Shown: piece by piece, positions 16,811 through 28,789 of the stretch
Layout: each line of letters begins with the position of its first letter
How positions within the stretch are numbered: the stretch's first letter is position 1
DNA from: Eledone cirrhosa
Taxonomy: Eukaryota
Assembly (NCBI GenBank): GCA_964016885.1
Contig: OZ024751.1
Coordinates: 9,300,001-9,364,000 of the forward strand
DNA: 64,000 nt
Direction of reading: 5' to 3'
Program-made: the position numbers and the translations under genes
The notes under the pieces: model-generated
Database searches by the model: none
What the model saw: the letters and a program-made list of their open reading frames with translations, nothing else
What the model was told of the DNA's origin: nothing

Positions 16811-17380
16811 GTGCGTGTATGTAAGTCTAAAGTTTTTCGTTTTCATCATATATTAAATTCAGATAAATATACGTGTAAGGATTTTTTTTCATAATGATTA
16901 ATGCCTTTTATGTTATATGATAGATTTATATCTAAACAAATGAATCAATATACGTATTCGATGTATAGTTATGTACATAAATTGAAATAGAGAGACTATT
17001 AATTTTTACCTAAGTGAAAGGGTGTAATCTATGTTGGGGTGTCAAAGAAAATAATATTTATGTATAATAAATAAATAAATAATTGTAATGAAATTTAAAG
17101 AAGTAAATAGGAAATAGATATATAAATAAATTAATTAAATAAACTAGAAATATATATATATGGTTATTAAATATAGACATTTTTATATAACCATGAAAGG
17201 AGACTGTGTTTGTGGTGTTCATTTATATACCACATACCACCCACCATATATGTGCTTGTGTGTGTCAACACGATTACCCACCCTCCTTTCGTAGTTATAA
17301 AATATTTACGTTTATACATCTGAGAATATGTATGTATATAATGTGTGTATGTATGTGTATGTATATGTATCTGTGTATAC

Positions 17381-17418
<38 letters not shown>

Positions 17419-18364
17419 CACTCTCACTCTCTGTATGTATGATATAAATGTATATGTGTTTCTATCATATTTAGATTCTATATTATATAAGTTTAAATTC
17501 TTCATAGAAATCTTAACCTTTACATATATACACACACACATATATAAATATATCAGGATAGAACCTGTTTAAAACGACATATTGTGTGTGAGAAGGTGAA
17601 AGGGAGTTAAACATATGTGTAAACCTATACATTCATAAACATCTGTCTGTTTAAATATATCTCAGCATACCTTTTTTCAATGAACTTCTTCGTAAACGAT
17701 ACCTATAATTCTAGCACCAAGAGAGAAGATTTTGTGTTCAGTTGTGCAAGGAAAGAAAGATGATAAAAATTGTGGAGCTTTCTGGCTCCAGGAAGACCAA
17801 TTTCTATGTTACATTTGACAGGAAAGCCAGATGTTACAGTTAGCTTGTTGAACACTTTGAAACATTCTGGTAGATGATGTCATGTTACTCTGGAGAGATA
17901 GATGTGAAAGTATTTGTTTGAATTAGGGCCAACTCACTTCTTAGAGGCCATGTACCAGGTACGAAAGAAGGGAAGACATTTTGGGTATATTATCTGAGTC
18001 AGTTTAAAAATTGAGCGACTACATCTGAATCTTGATCCATGACAGGATTTTTTGCGAATACAAACACATTATATTTTCTTTAATACTTTTAACAATATTA
18101 CGGCCATCATTTTCAATGTGATGATGTCTTTGCAAATTCTCTCAAGATATTTGACAAATTTTGTAATTGAGGAATAACTGAATTCTTTATCTTTGTATAA
18201 TATACTAAAGGATACAAAGTTATAATGAGATGTAATATTATATTAATAATCAAACCACTAGTAATATTCTATACTTTCTGCTATTTGAAACTCATACATT
18301 ATAATAGGCATCTTAGATTTGTCATACTGGAAATGTCAGCATATTTTACTCCTCTCTTCTCTTG

Positions 18365-18561
18365 TCTCTTCTTCTTGTCGCTTATTCTTGAGAGGGCCGT
18401 GGAGGCGATCTTCAAACATTCCTACCAATGGCTCCTGTCGCAAGCAACTGCCTTCAACTGATACCACTGGATCCCCAAGCGTGACCCTTATGGATGTTAT
18501 CTAACCATTTTGCTCGGGTTCTTCACCTGGATCTCCTACCTGTTGGTTTTGCCTGTAAAAT
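18365..18561 (-). mobile_element. RTE-clade LINE 3' end fragment
   Basis: Minus strand ILQAKPTGRRSR..R.KWLDNI...RLGIQ...VACDR; homologous to 44023, 48511, 50170 and 51884; short (AAG)n tail. Confidence 0.75.
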
Positions 18562-18885
18562 CTTTCCAAGACAGTAAAACTTCCAAATTTAAGACATGGG
18601 AGAAGTTTGGGTTTAAGCTGAAATCCGACTTCAAATCAGCAAATAAAGTGTTCTGGCAGACAATCCGCCGACTTCGTAATAAGAAGCGCCCTTCCACACC
18701 TTCTATCAAGAACGTGTCTTGGGTTCTCCTCTCTTCAGAGAGTTGCATCCTTACGAGGTGGAGAGAATACTTTGCTGATCTCCTAAACACGATCACAACA
18801 GCATCGGATGTACATGAGGTGCATCTGGGAGCAGTGACTAATATCTCAGAGGCCGAGGTCACAAGAACAGTCAAAGCCATGCATC
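18562..18885 (+). pseudogene. RTE-clade LINE ORF fragment (linker between APE and RT)
   Basis: KTWEKFGFKLKSDFKSANKVFWQTIRRLR...ILTRWREYFADLLN...ISEAEVTRTVKAM, typical of RTE/Expander-type elements. Confidence 0.8.
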
Positions 18886-18894
18886 CTTTGTTTT

Positions 18895-19030
18895 TAAAAT
18901 GAGTGAAGTTGGGTACGGGCTGGTAGGATGGAGAATGCATTGCCCCGGAGGGCGGTGATGGAGACGCGCTGGAACTGCCAACCCATCTTGCTGGACTCGC
19001 ACCAGCGGGCGGCCGGCCAACTCCACTCCA
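18895..19030 (-). pseudogene. CRE-clade non-LTR retrotransposon C-terminal (RLE) fragment
   Basis: Minus strand translates to MGWQFQRVSITALRGNAFSILPA, matching the QRxSxxxxRGNA end motif also seen near 54600 and 55170. Confidence 0.7.
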
Positions 19031-19194
19031 ATAATTTTAGATCATTATGAACGCGTTGTTATATCTTCATAATATTTTATTCTCTATATACATGAGCTAC
19101 GAAATATACAATTTACGTCTTTAATGATTATTATATTTCAGGAATCAAACATTTGTCAATATATATGTAAAATGTGGTGCGGTAAATAAATATA

Positions 19195-19305
19195 TACATA
19201 CACCAGGTCCGGACACAAAGGAACCGAACTCCTACTGTTACTGCCTCCATCTCTCCTGGTCTCCCCATCTCTCACTATAATAAGAAACTTGGGACCCACA
19301 CGTGT
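19195..19305 (-). mobile_element. 3' UTR fragment of the CRE-like family
   Basis: Reverse complement resembles 55235-55350 and 55605-55705 (GTGGG.CCC....ATAGTGAGAGATGGGGAGA...GTTCCTTTGTGT). Confidence 0.6.
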
Positions 19306-20520
19306 GTCAAATGCTCTAAGGTATGCTTCAGACTATTTTAGAAATGCATACTGTATTCTGATTTACGCCATCCTTCAGCCTATTAGCCCCATCTAGAAAT
19401 AGCCTTACCATTCCACCCACTATTCCTATGACCATTATACCCATTATCCGCTACTCTATTCTCACCCACTAACCACCTCTACCCCCACCCACAGTACTTA
19501 CTTCTCCTGACCCTTCGCCTGTCCAGATAGATTTACCACTGTCTGCCCCACTACATTCTTGATCAGACTAGTTTTCTACCATGATGAAATCAACCAAAGC
19601 ACTGCTAAGACCAGTGACCTATTTTCTCACACCCTAAACGTATTACTACACGCTTGCAAAGGTTTGCTAAACACACAAGCCGAAATGGCTTGACGCCGTG
19701 GTCAACATTTTAGATATCTCTATACCCACTCTGTATCTCCACATGCATTGAGTACTCTCATGATTGGTGGTCTCCTTGGACTCAGCACCGCAGATTCAGA
19801 ATACCTCGTATTGATATTTTTCTATTTTCTCTTTCAAATATGATCTTTAAAAGCTCCAGTCTCTATTTCATTTTTCCTAACTGTTAAAATGAGACATTTA
19901 GTACTTAAGAACCATATCAACTCTTCCTATCACATATTTTGAGTTCATCAGAAAATGTAATCAAATAGGATTTTGGTGTTAATGCAATTAGACATAATAT
20001 TAGACATATTGTTATAAACAGCAATGGAAACTATGTCAGCAGACGTTTATGATTAAACCTACGGAAATAGTTCAATAAAGCTATATTGATGACATTTTAA
20101 TCATCACATTGCTAATCATTCTTCGGGATATAATTATAGCCTATTGAATCGACTGTATTAGTTTAGTGTTCTTAACTGACTTCAGATGGCTGACAAGTGA
20201 AACTCTTTTAACATAATTCCACGTACATCTAGGATACCTTGTACAAACATTAAATTTGCACAATATTCTAGAGTTGACCAATTTAATTGACCCTAAACAG
20301 ATTAACTGAACAGACCCCGTGGGAATTTAGTCTCGAATTAGGTCACCCTAATGAATCTCCCAATTCTAACTCTTGTTGTTTGATGTGATGTTCAAACACT
20401 AATGAAAGGCATAAAACAAGATAAAATATAGCCTCAAGTATCGTAGACAACGCTTTTCTTTTCTTAAATAACCGCACGTAAGTTAGTTGCACGAATGGGT
20501 TTTCGCTGCAACTAATGTGA

Positions 20521-20845
20521 ACCTGCCGAGGTTGACTTTGCCTTTCATCCTTACGGGGTCGATAAAATAAAGTACCAGTAATGCACTGGTTAATTGCTGG
20601 CCTAGTGCCTAAAGTAGAAACAATTATGAGGAGCTATAGCGCGGTGGATTGGCAGTATCAGTAGAGCATCGGACATTGTGCTTCGTGGCATAATTTTATG
20701 TCACTTTACGTTCTGAGTTCAAATCCTGCCTGTCCTCCTTACTTGGTCGACAACATATAGTACCAGTCATGCACTGGCGTAGATTTAATCGACTTTCCCC
20801 TACCCAACATTGCTGGCCTTGTGCCTATAGTAGAAATCCTTATGA
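20521..20845 (+). mobile_element. Two tandem SINE family B copies (Meta-domain-like tRNA SINE)
   Basis: GCCGAGGTTGACTTTGCCTTTCATCCTTACGGGGTCGATAAAATAAAGTACCAG body; second copy has A box TGGCAGTATCAG and B box GAGTTCAAATCC. Confidence 0.85.
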
Positions 20846-21620
20846 GTAGCAATAGATTTTTGGTCATAAACTCACCTCACTGAAAGTGTAACTTTACTAT
20901 TCTCCCCATGAAATAGAATTGTAATGTTCAATATCCGAACGAAATGTAGACAATATAATCATATATTGCATGAAGTTAATCCAGTAAAATGGCCATCCAT
21001 ATAGTTCATATCGATAAAATTCATATCGATAAATTATCTTCATCAATTCTATTACAGTAAATATCTAACATAAAGTGAACTTTTGCAATGTACTATATTT
21101 AATCAGGATTTACATCGGTCAACCATATTTGATTAAATATCTTATGTGATTATGAGAAGAATTTCTCTGTTGTTATCAACGCAACAAATCTATATTTACG
21201 TCGAACGGCATATTATATATATATATATATGCAAAAGTTTTATTTAAAATGTATCTCCATTTTTTTCTTTCTCTCCGTCTTTTCTCTAACTGTGCTTAAC
21301 ACTATAACTAAATAATTACTGTCCTCTCTCTATATATAGTACTCCCTCTCTCTTGAATCTCTCTATTTGTATGGTGAATTATTATTATTTATCTGTTGCT
21401 TTCGGTTGCCTCTTTTTTCACCTCCTCCTTTTTTCTCTCTCCCCTCTCTCTCTCTGTTTTCCTTTACCACCGTTTCTTCTTTTTCTCCGTCTTTTTTCTA
21501 ACTGTGCTTAACACTATAACTAAATAATTATAAACACTTCACTACCAAGGCAGCCTCCTAATTTAATGGTCGCTTATATTATGGTACGTCAAAATTATTT
21601 ATAAAACAGTTTATATATTG

Positions 21621-21686
21621 TATTTTATCTGACGAAGGCATGCCATATTTTTAATATGGTATACCTGAAATATGTATAATGAAATA
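21621..21686 (+). ncRNA. Type I hammerhead ribozyme (family H1) in a PLE-like element spanning about 21230-21725
   Basis: TATTTTAT-CTGACGA-AGGCATGCCATATT-ttt-AATATGGTATACCT-GAAA-T-ATGT-A-TA-ATGAAATA: 8-bp stem I, about 13-bp stem II, 2-bp stem III. Confidence 0.8.
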
Positions 21687-21723
21687 AATATGGTTTTATA
21701 AATATAGTTTCCATTTTAATATC

Positions 21724-22265
<542 letters not shown>

Positions 22266-22268
22266 TTA

Positions 22269-22309
<41 letters not shown>

Positions 22310-22506
22310 TAAACATATAACAAATATAACAAATATTAAACTCTGTATTCCGTTTATCTTTCACCGAAAGTGATTTTTCATTACATCTCTTCTTTCCATG
22401 ATATCCGGAATACATTGAGTTCTTCATACGGATTGGACACTACCGTAAACTCTTGGTAGATTTATCTACATAATATATATATATATATATATATTTACGT
22501 CGACCA

Positions 22507-22560
<54 letters not shown>

Positions 22561-22733
22561 ATAATAATAAATTTGAAGATTAAAATCCAAAGACGGCTCG
22601 ATAAGGATAAATATATATCAAATATATAAGAACCGTAGAGCGAATATTTATTAAAATAACAGATTAAAGTTTAAGCAAAGAATCGCTGCTTCACCCTTAA
22701 CGGGATCTTCTGAAACTAACAAAGTCAATTTTT

Positions 22734-22815
22734 TATACTCCAGTCCCATACACTGTAGCGTGCTATTTATCCGATATCTGCATTGCTTTATTGTACTACA
22801 ATAAAACTCACCTCC

Positions 22816-22851
<36 letters not shown>

Positions 22852-22933
22852 GGAGGTGAGTTTTATTGTAGTACAATAAAGCAATGCAGATATCGGATAA
22901 GAAGCACTCTACAGTTTGTAGGACTGGAGTATA
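22734..22933. repeat. Inverted repeat (arms of about 86 bp) around a (TA)n spacer
   Basis: 22734-22819 is the near reverse complement of 22848-22933. Confidence 0.9.
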
Positions 22934-22937
22934 CATA

Positions 22938-23306
22938 ATGTATAAGAACAAAAGATGGTTAAAAGAGTTCCATGTATTTTCTTATGCGCATTTAAAAAAC
23001 AAATATCATCATGCAATAATATTTATGTTTTCATCAGATAAAACAGGAAGACATGATATGAAGGTTAAAAAACACTTGTGGATAGTGCAGTTGATATGTT
23101 GATTTAAAACTGTTGATATGTTGATTTAAAACAGTTGATATGTTGATTTAAAACTGCACTATCCAAAAGTGTTTTTTAACCTTCATATCATGTCTTCCTG
23201 TCTTATCTGATGAAAACACAAATATTATTGCATGATGATATTTGTTTTTGAAATGCGCATAATAAAATACATGGAACTCTTTTAACCATCTTTTGTTCTT
23301 ATACAT
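22938..23306. repeat. Foldback element: inverted arms of about 150 bp, spacer of 3 x 22-bp tandem repeats
   Basis: Arms 22938-23091 and 23153-23306; spacer unit GTTGATATGTTGATTTAAAAC(T/A). Confidence 0.9.
23200..23268 (+). ncRNA. Type I hammerhead ribozyme (family H2)
   Basis: GTCTTAT-CTGATGA-(stem II ACAAATAT/ATATTTGT)-GAAA-T-GCGC-A-TA-ATAAAAT; palindromic loop 3. The opposite arm has GAAA changed to TAAA. Confidence 0.75.
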
Positions 23307-23327
23307 ATATATATATATATATATATA

Positions 23328-23519
23328 GGTAAGTTATTCCGGGTTGAATCGGACGTAACCACAGTAAATAAGGTACTCAATACATAACAGAGTATAATAG
23401 TTTTAATATAGTTGAGATTCTACAGGACTAGAACCGTTTCATTCTCGAGAAATCATCAGGATTTCTCAAAAATGAAACAGTTCAAGTCCTGTAGAATCTC
23501 ATCTATATTTAAACTTATA
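23328..23519 (-). mobile_element. PLE-like terminal fragment with foldback at a hammerhead core
   Basis: Inverted arms at about 23398-23455 and 23460-23518; minus strand CTGATGA-TTTCTCGAGAAT-GAAA-CGGT-TC. The terminal segment recurs inverted at 27396-27460. Confidence 0.6.
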
Positions 23520-23538
23520 TATATATATATTAACGTCG

Positions 23539-23602
<64 letters not shown>

Positions 23603-23755
23603 CGGTCGGGGTAAATATAGGCATATATGTATATCTGTGTTTGTACCATTCAACGTTTAAGTATCTGTGTCTGCCGATGTGAATATAAGTGTGTGCCCCC
23701 GTGTGAATCTGTGTGCATGTGGAGAAGGAGTGTATATAGTTATATTTATATTTAC

Positions 23756-23804
<49 letters not shown>

Positions 23805-23921
23805 GTAATAATAATAAATTTGAAGACTAAAATCCAAAGAGGGCTCGATAAGGATAAATATTTATCAAATATATAAGAAGCGTAGAGCAAATATTTAATA
23901 TATATATATATATATATATAT

Positions 23922-24349
23922 ATGAGAAGTTCTATTTAAATTGTTGGGATACAACTGATATAAAGCACTCAACAAATAATTGGAGTAAAAATACGATATT
24001 AATAAATGGAAACTATATTTATAAAACCATATTATTTCATTATACATATTTCAAGGACAACAAGTTAAATTATCGTGTGCTTTCATGAGATAAAATATAA
24101 TATAGAGCAGTTTTATAAATAAATATTGACATACCCTTAAAGAATGCGACCATTACAGGTTGGAAGCTCCCTGATAGTGGGGTTATAAATTTATTTATAC
24201 TATTATGTAAATTAGTATTTATACTATATTTTAGTATTTATACTATATTTTATCTGATGAAAGCACACCATAATTTAACTTGGTGTACTTGAAATATGTA
24301 TAATGAAATAAATATGGTTTTATAAATATAGTTTCCATTTGTTAATATC

Positions 24350-24352
<3 letters not shown>
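23922..24352. mobile_element. Inverted pair of family H1 pLTR-like repeats
   Basis: About 23990-24100 is the diverged reverse complement of 24245-24352; homologous to 21560-21725 and 28229-28663. Confidence 0.8.
24246..24310 (+). ncRNA. Type I hammerhead ribozyme (family H1)
   Basis: TATTTTAT-CTGATGA-AAGCACACCA-loop-TGGTGTACTT-GAAA-T-ATGT-A-TA-ATGAAATA; stem II differs in sequence from the 21621 copy but still pairs. Confidence 0.8.
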
Positions 24353-24420
<68 letters not shown>

Positions 24421-24423
24421 CAA

Positions 24424-24528
24424 GTATGACCCCGACGGCAGAGCTCAAGCCGTTTCGACGGCTATTTCTGGACTAAAAAAGAATGTTTAGCCTGGTAAAT
24501 AAATAGCCGAACTTCTCAGGGGTATTAC
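24424..24528 (-). ncRNA. Type I hammerhead-like ribozyme with full stem III (G8A core variant)
   Basis: Minus strand CCC-CTGAGAA-GttCGGCTATTT...AAATAGCCGtC-GAAA-CGGC-ttgagctct-GCCG-TC-GGG: three helices and a GUC cleavage triplet. Confidence 0.7.
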
Positions 24529-24556
24529 CTTATATGGGAAGATAGTAATTGTGGCA

Positions 24557-24629
24557 CTCTCGGTGGCTTAGTGGGAAGTACCAGAGATGGTAAGATCTTT
24601 GTATGTAGGTTCAATCCTTGCTGGGAGAC
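24557..24629 (+). pseudogene. tRNA-like sequence (tRNA pseudogene or Pol III head)
   Basis: A box TGGCTTAGTGG, B box GGTTCAATCC; acceptor CTCTCGG/CTGGGAG, D stem GCTT/AAGT, anticodon stem CAGAGA/TCTTTG with a non-canonical 8-nt loop. Confidence 0.65.
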
Positions 24630-25199
24630 ACATCTAACGTGTCCTGTTAATCTTTTGGTGCGTTATGGTCCATCTGGTTCCTTACCACAATTCCTTCGCT
24701 ATATATATGTATATATATATATATTCGCATGCCTATAAATACGTGCATTTGTGTAGATATCGAATTTGTTGTTCGTTGTGGAAATTGTTTAAAATGATGA
24801 AGTTGAAGGTGATGAGGGTGATGAGATTTGTGATCTGAGACGAAGATGATGAATACGATAGTTATGTAGTGTGTGAAGATTGTTCTAAAAGTTTTCGACA
24901 CACATTTTTCAGTTTAATAAATGAGGAATGTGTATTGTAGTTCCCAATAGATACGAATGGAATGAAAACAAAAGAACACACAGATATATAGGAAGTACGT
25001 GGAAAATATAATTAAATGTAGGACTGTTTGAAATAAGAGAAAATTGAAATGGAAATTCGATAAATAAGTTTACGGATGAAAGATCATTTGTTGAGTTGAA
25101 GATATGATGTCAAATCAGCTTCAAAAATCCATGGAAAAATAATGGGTTCTGGGAGGCTCGAGCCAATTGCTTTTTTTTTAATATATTGCTACATCCCCC

Positions 25200-26140
25200 C
25201 CCCCCCACACACACACAGGGACACACACATAGGAGCATACAGAAGTAGAAACACACACAGGAATACACATACATATATACGCACATACACAAGAAGAAAC
25301 GCACACATAAGAACAAACACACACACAGGAACAAACGCACACAAGAAAAAACACATACAGGAACACAAGAACACACACAAGAAACACACACAGGAAAACA
25401 CACAGAAGAACAAACACGCACACGAACAAATTAATACACACGAACAAACACACGCACACACGAACGAACACACACACACGAACAAACACACACACACGAA
25501 CAAACACACAAACAAACACACACACACACGAACAAACATACACACTAACAAACACACACAGACGAACAAACACACACACACGAACAAACACACACACACA
25601 CACACACACGAATAAACACACACACAAGAAACACACGAACAAACACACACACGAACAAACACACACACACGAACAAACACATACACACACGAACACACAC
25701 ACACACGAACAAACACACACGAACAAACACACACACGAACAAATACGCACACACGAACAATAACATACACACGAACAAATACACACATCCGAACAAACAC
25801 ACACACACGAACACGCAGACACGAATAAACAAACACACACACAAAGAACAAACAACAAACACACACACCCGAACAAACACATACACACGCACACACGAAT
25901 AAACAAACACACACACACAAATAAACACACACACACGAACAAACACACACACGAACAAACACACTCACGCGAACAAACACACACGAACAGACACGCACAC
26001 ACGAATAAACAAACACACACACACAAACAAACACACACGAACAAACACACCCACGAACAAACACACACACACGAACAAACATACACACACGAACAGAAAC
26101 ACACACACAAACAAACACAAACACAGACACATACACACAT
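25200..26140. repeat. (CA)n-derived minisatellite, unit about ACACACACGAACAA
   Basis: Seen directly; explains the Cys/Val-rich ORFs. Confidence 0.95.
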
Positions 26141-26455
26141 CTGGGAGACTCGAGACAATGGGTTTTTTAAATATAGTGTCATTACGAACACACACATATG
26201 TGTGAATGTGTGTGTACGTATATGTATATATATATGTATGTATGTGAATGTACACATGTGTATATGCATGTGAGTATGCACATGTGTATATGCATGTGTG
26301 TATCATGTATGTATATATATATGTTTGTGTGTGTGTCCGCATGTATGTATGTACGTGTAAGTGTGTGCCTTTGCTTTACTGTAGATTTAGTTATTGACTT
26401 CAAGTGAATGAATGGTGAAGTTGAACTCTTGGAGATTTGATCTTGGATCTCAATC

Positions 26456-26559
<104 letters not shown>

Positions 26560-26689
26560 TCGTGGCCCGTTGTGTCAAGTTTACTTTGCAATATTCTTTT
26601 TAATCATGTTCACTTAAAAATAGTTTTTAAATAACTTAAATATACACAGATATGAAATTGGAAGGCTCATATGTATATATATATATTTA

Positions 26690-27175
26690 CCCTTAGCTGT
26701 GCTCTCTCTTTCTCTTCCCTTACTGCTATCCTCTTTCTCTCTCACCCTTCTCTCTCCTTGTACGTCTTACTTTCATTCACCCCCTCTGTTAGTCACCCTC
26801 TCTCGGCTAGCCTCTTTCTCACACTTTCACTCACTCACTCTCTGCTACTCACCCTCTCTCACTTCCCCCTTCTGAGCCGTGTGAAATTATTTTCTCGCTC
26901 ACATTTCGCATGGATTGGACGTGTCTTTCGTCTTCTCGTCAATGATTCGCTAAATCTTATGTTCACTTATATCACTGACATGATTTCTCATTTTTCACTC
27001 TTTACGTTGCCTAACCATACTTGTTTGTTTACATGTCTCTCTTTCTCCAGCCAATTCTTTTTATCCCAATAACTTTTAGTTATGGCACGAGCTGGCCTGA
27101 GGTATCTGATCTTTAATGCGATGAAATACCTATGATGGCCAGAGGATCACTGATGATGGATAGTCCTGGCTTCTT
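26690..27175 (+). mobile_element. Diverged copy of the 12283-13143 repeat family
   Basis: Shared motifs TTTTCTCGCTCACAT and GAAATACC.ATGA.GG...GATCACTGATGA.GGA. Confidence 0.7.
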
Positions 27176-27479
27176 ATAAATATATATATATAAATAAATA
27201 TATATATATATATATATAAATATGTTTATAATAATAACATTTTTATAATAATAAAATTTTTAATAATAAAATTTTTAATAATAACATTTTTTATAATAAT
27301 AAAATTTTTATAATAATAATTATTTTATAATAATAAATTTTTTTATAATAATAAAAAAAAAAATAAATAAAAAAAAAAAATAAATAAATAAATTTTACTC
27401 TGCCATGTATTGAGTACCTTACTTACTGTGGTTATCCCCGACTCAACCCGGGACCTACGTATATATATATATATATATA

Positions 27480-27517
<38 letters not shown>

Positions 27518-27682
27518 CATATATATATATATGTATATAAATTTATATATATATATAAATGTATATATATAAATATATATAAATGTGTATATATATATAT
27601 AAATGTATATATATATATATAAATGTATATATATATATATAAATGTATATATATGTAAATGTATATATATATATATATATAA

Positions 27683-27722
<40 letters not shown>

Positions 27723-28177
27723 GGAGGGTCATATTTGCGTAATATTGCGTAATATTGCGTAATATTGCCAGAATTAATAACAGAATTAATAATTCATATA
27801 AAAAACCTCGCAAAACTAATTCATCGCCGCTATATATATATAAATCTATATATATATATATAAAGATATATATATGTATATATATATTTATAAATATATA
27901 TATATAAATATATATAAATAGATATATATATAAATATATATGTATAAATATATATATATACATATATATAAATAAATATATATAAATATAAATATATATA
28001 AATATATATAAATAAATATACATAAATTTATATATATATAGAAATATATATATATAGAAATATATATAAATAAATATATATAAATATATATATATATAAA
28101 TATATATAAATATAAATGTATAAATATATATAAATATAGATATAAAAATATATATATATATATGCATATATATAAAT

Positions 28178-28230
<53 letters not shown>

Positions 28231-28271
28231 CGATATTAAATAAATGGAAACTATATTTATAAAACCATATT

Positions 28272-28337
28272 TATTCCATTATATATATTTCAGGGATATC
28301 ATATTAAAAATATGGTATGCCTTCATCAGACAAAATA
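28272..28337 (-). ncRNA. Type I hammerhead ribozyme (family H1), left arm of palindrome
   Basis: Reverse complement of 28475-28540. Confidence 0.75.
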
Positions 28338-28474
28338 CAATATAAACAGTCTTATAAATAGATAGATTTGACATACCTTACACTTCAAACTTCCATTTAA
28401 AAATCAACTTTTTAAATGGAAGTTTGAAGTGTAAGGTATGTCAAATCTATCTATTTATAAGACTGTTTATATTG

Positions 28475-28540
28475 TATTTTGTCTGATGAAGGCATACCAT
28501 ATTTTTAATATGATATCCCTGAAATATATATAATGGAATA
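28475..28540 (+). ncRNA. Type I hammerhead ribozyme (family H1), right arm of palindrome
   Basis: TATTTTGT-CTGATGA-AGGCATACCATATT-ttt-AATATGATATCCCT-GAAA-T-ATAT-A-TA-ATGGAATA. Confidence 0.75.
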
Positions 28541-28661
28541 AATATGGTTTTATAAATATAGTTTCCATTTATTTAATATCGTAAATATACTCCAAATACT
28601 TGTTGAGTGCTTTTATATCAGTTATAAATATTTACTCGTTGTAATTTAAATAAAACTTTGC

Positions 28662-28692
<31 letters not shown>

Positions 28693-28789
28693 TATATATA
28701 TATAACTTTGAATAACTTTGAAATGTGTTGGCCAGTATTGGCCCAGGTCATGTCTAACTTAATAGCACCACCTGGCGAAGTCTTTCAAT

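Larger units (their letters stand above)
28229..28583. repeat. Perfect palindrome, 175-bp arms, 5-nt loop (TCAAC), family H1
   Basis: 28229-28403 is the reverse complement of 28409-28583 with no mismatch seen by eye; the right arm continues as element tail to about 28663. Confidence 0.95.

Noticed and set aside
19380-19810. C-rich island that might be a retroelement ORF remnant
   Set aside because: No recognisable motif in the frames examined.
23090-23156. Three 22-bp direct repeats resembling a CRISPR or iteron array
   Set aside because: No spacers, eukaryotic context, no cas genes; simple tandem duplication.
24557-24629. Functional tRNA gene
   Set aside because: 8-nt anticodon loop, many G-U pairs, overlapping T and acceptor stems and no immediate oligo-T terminator; kept only as tRNA-like.
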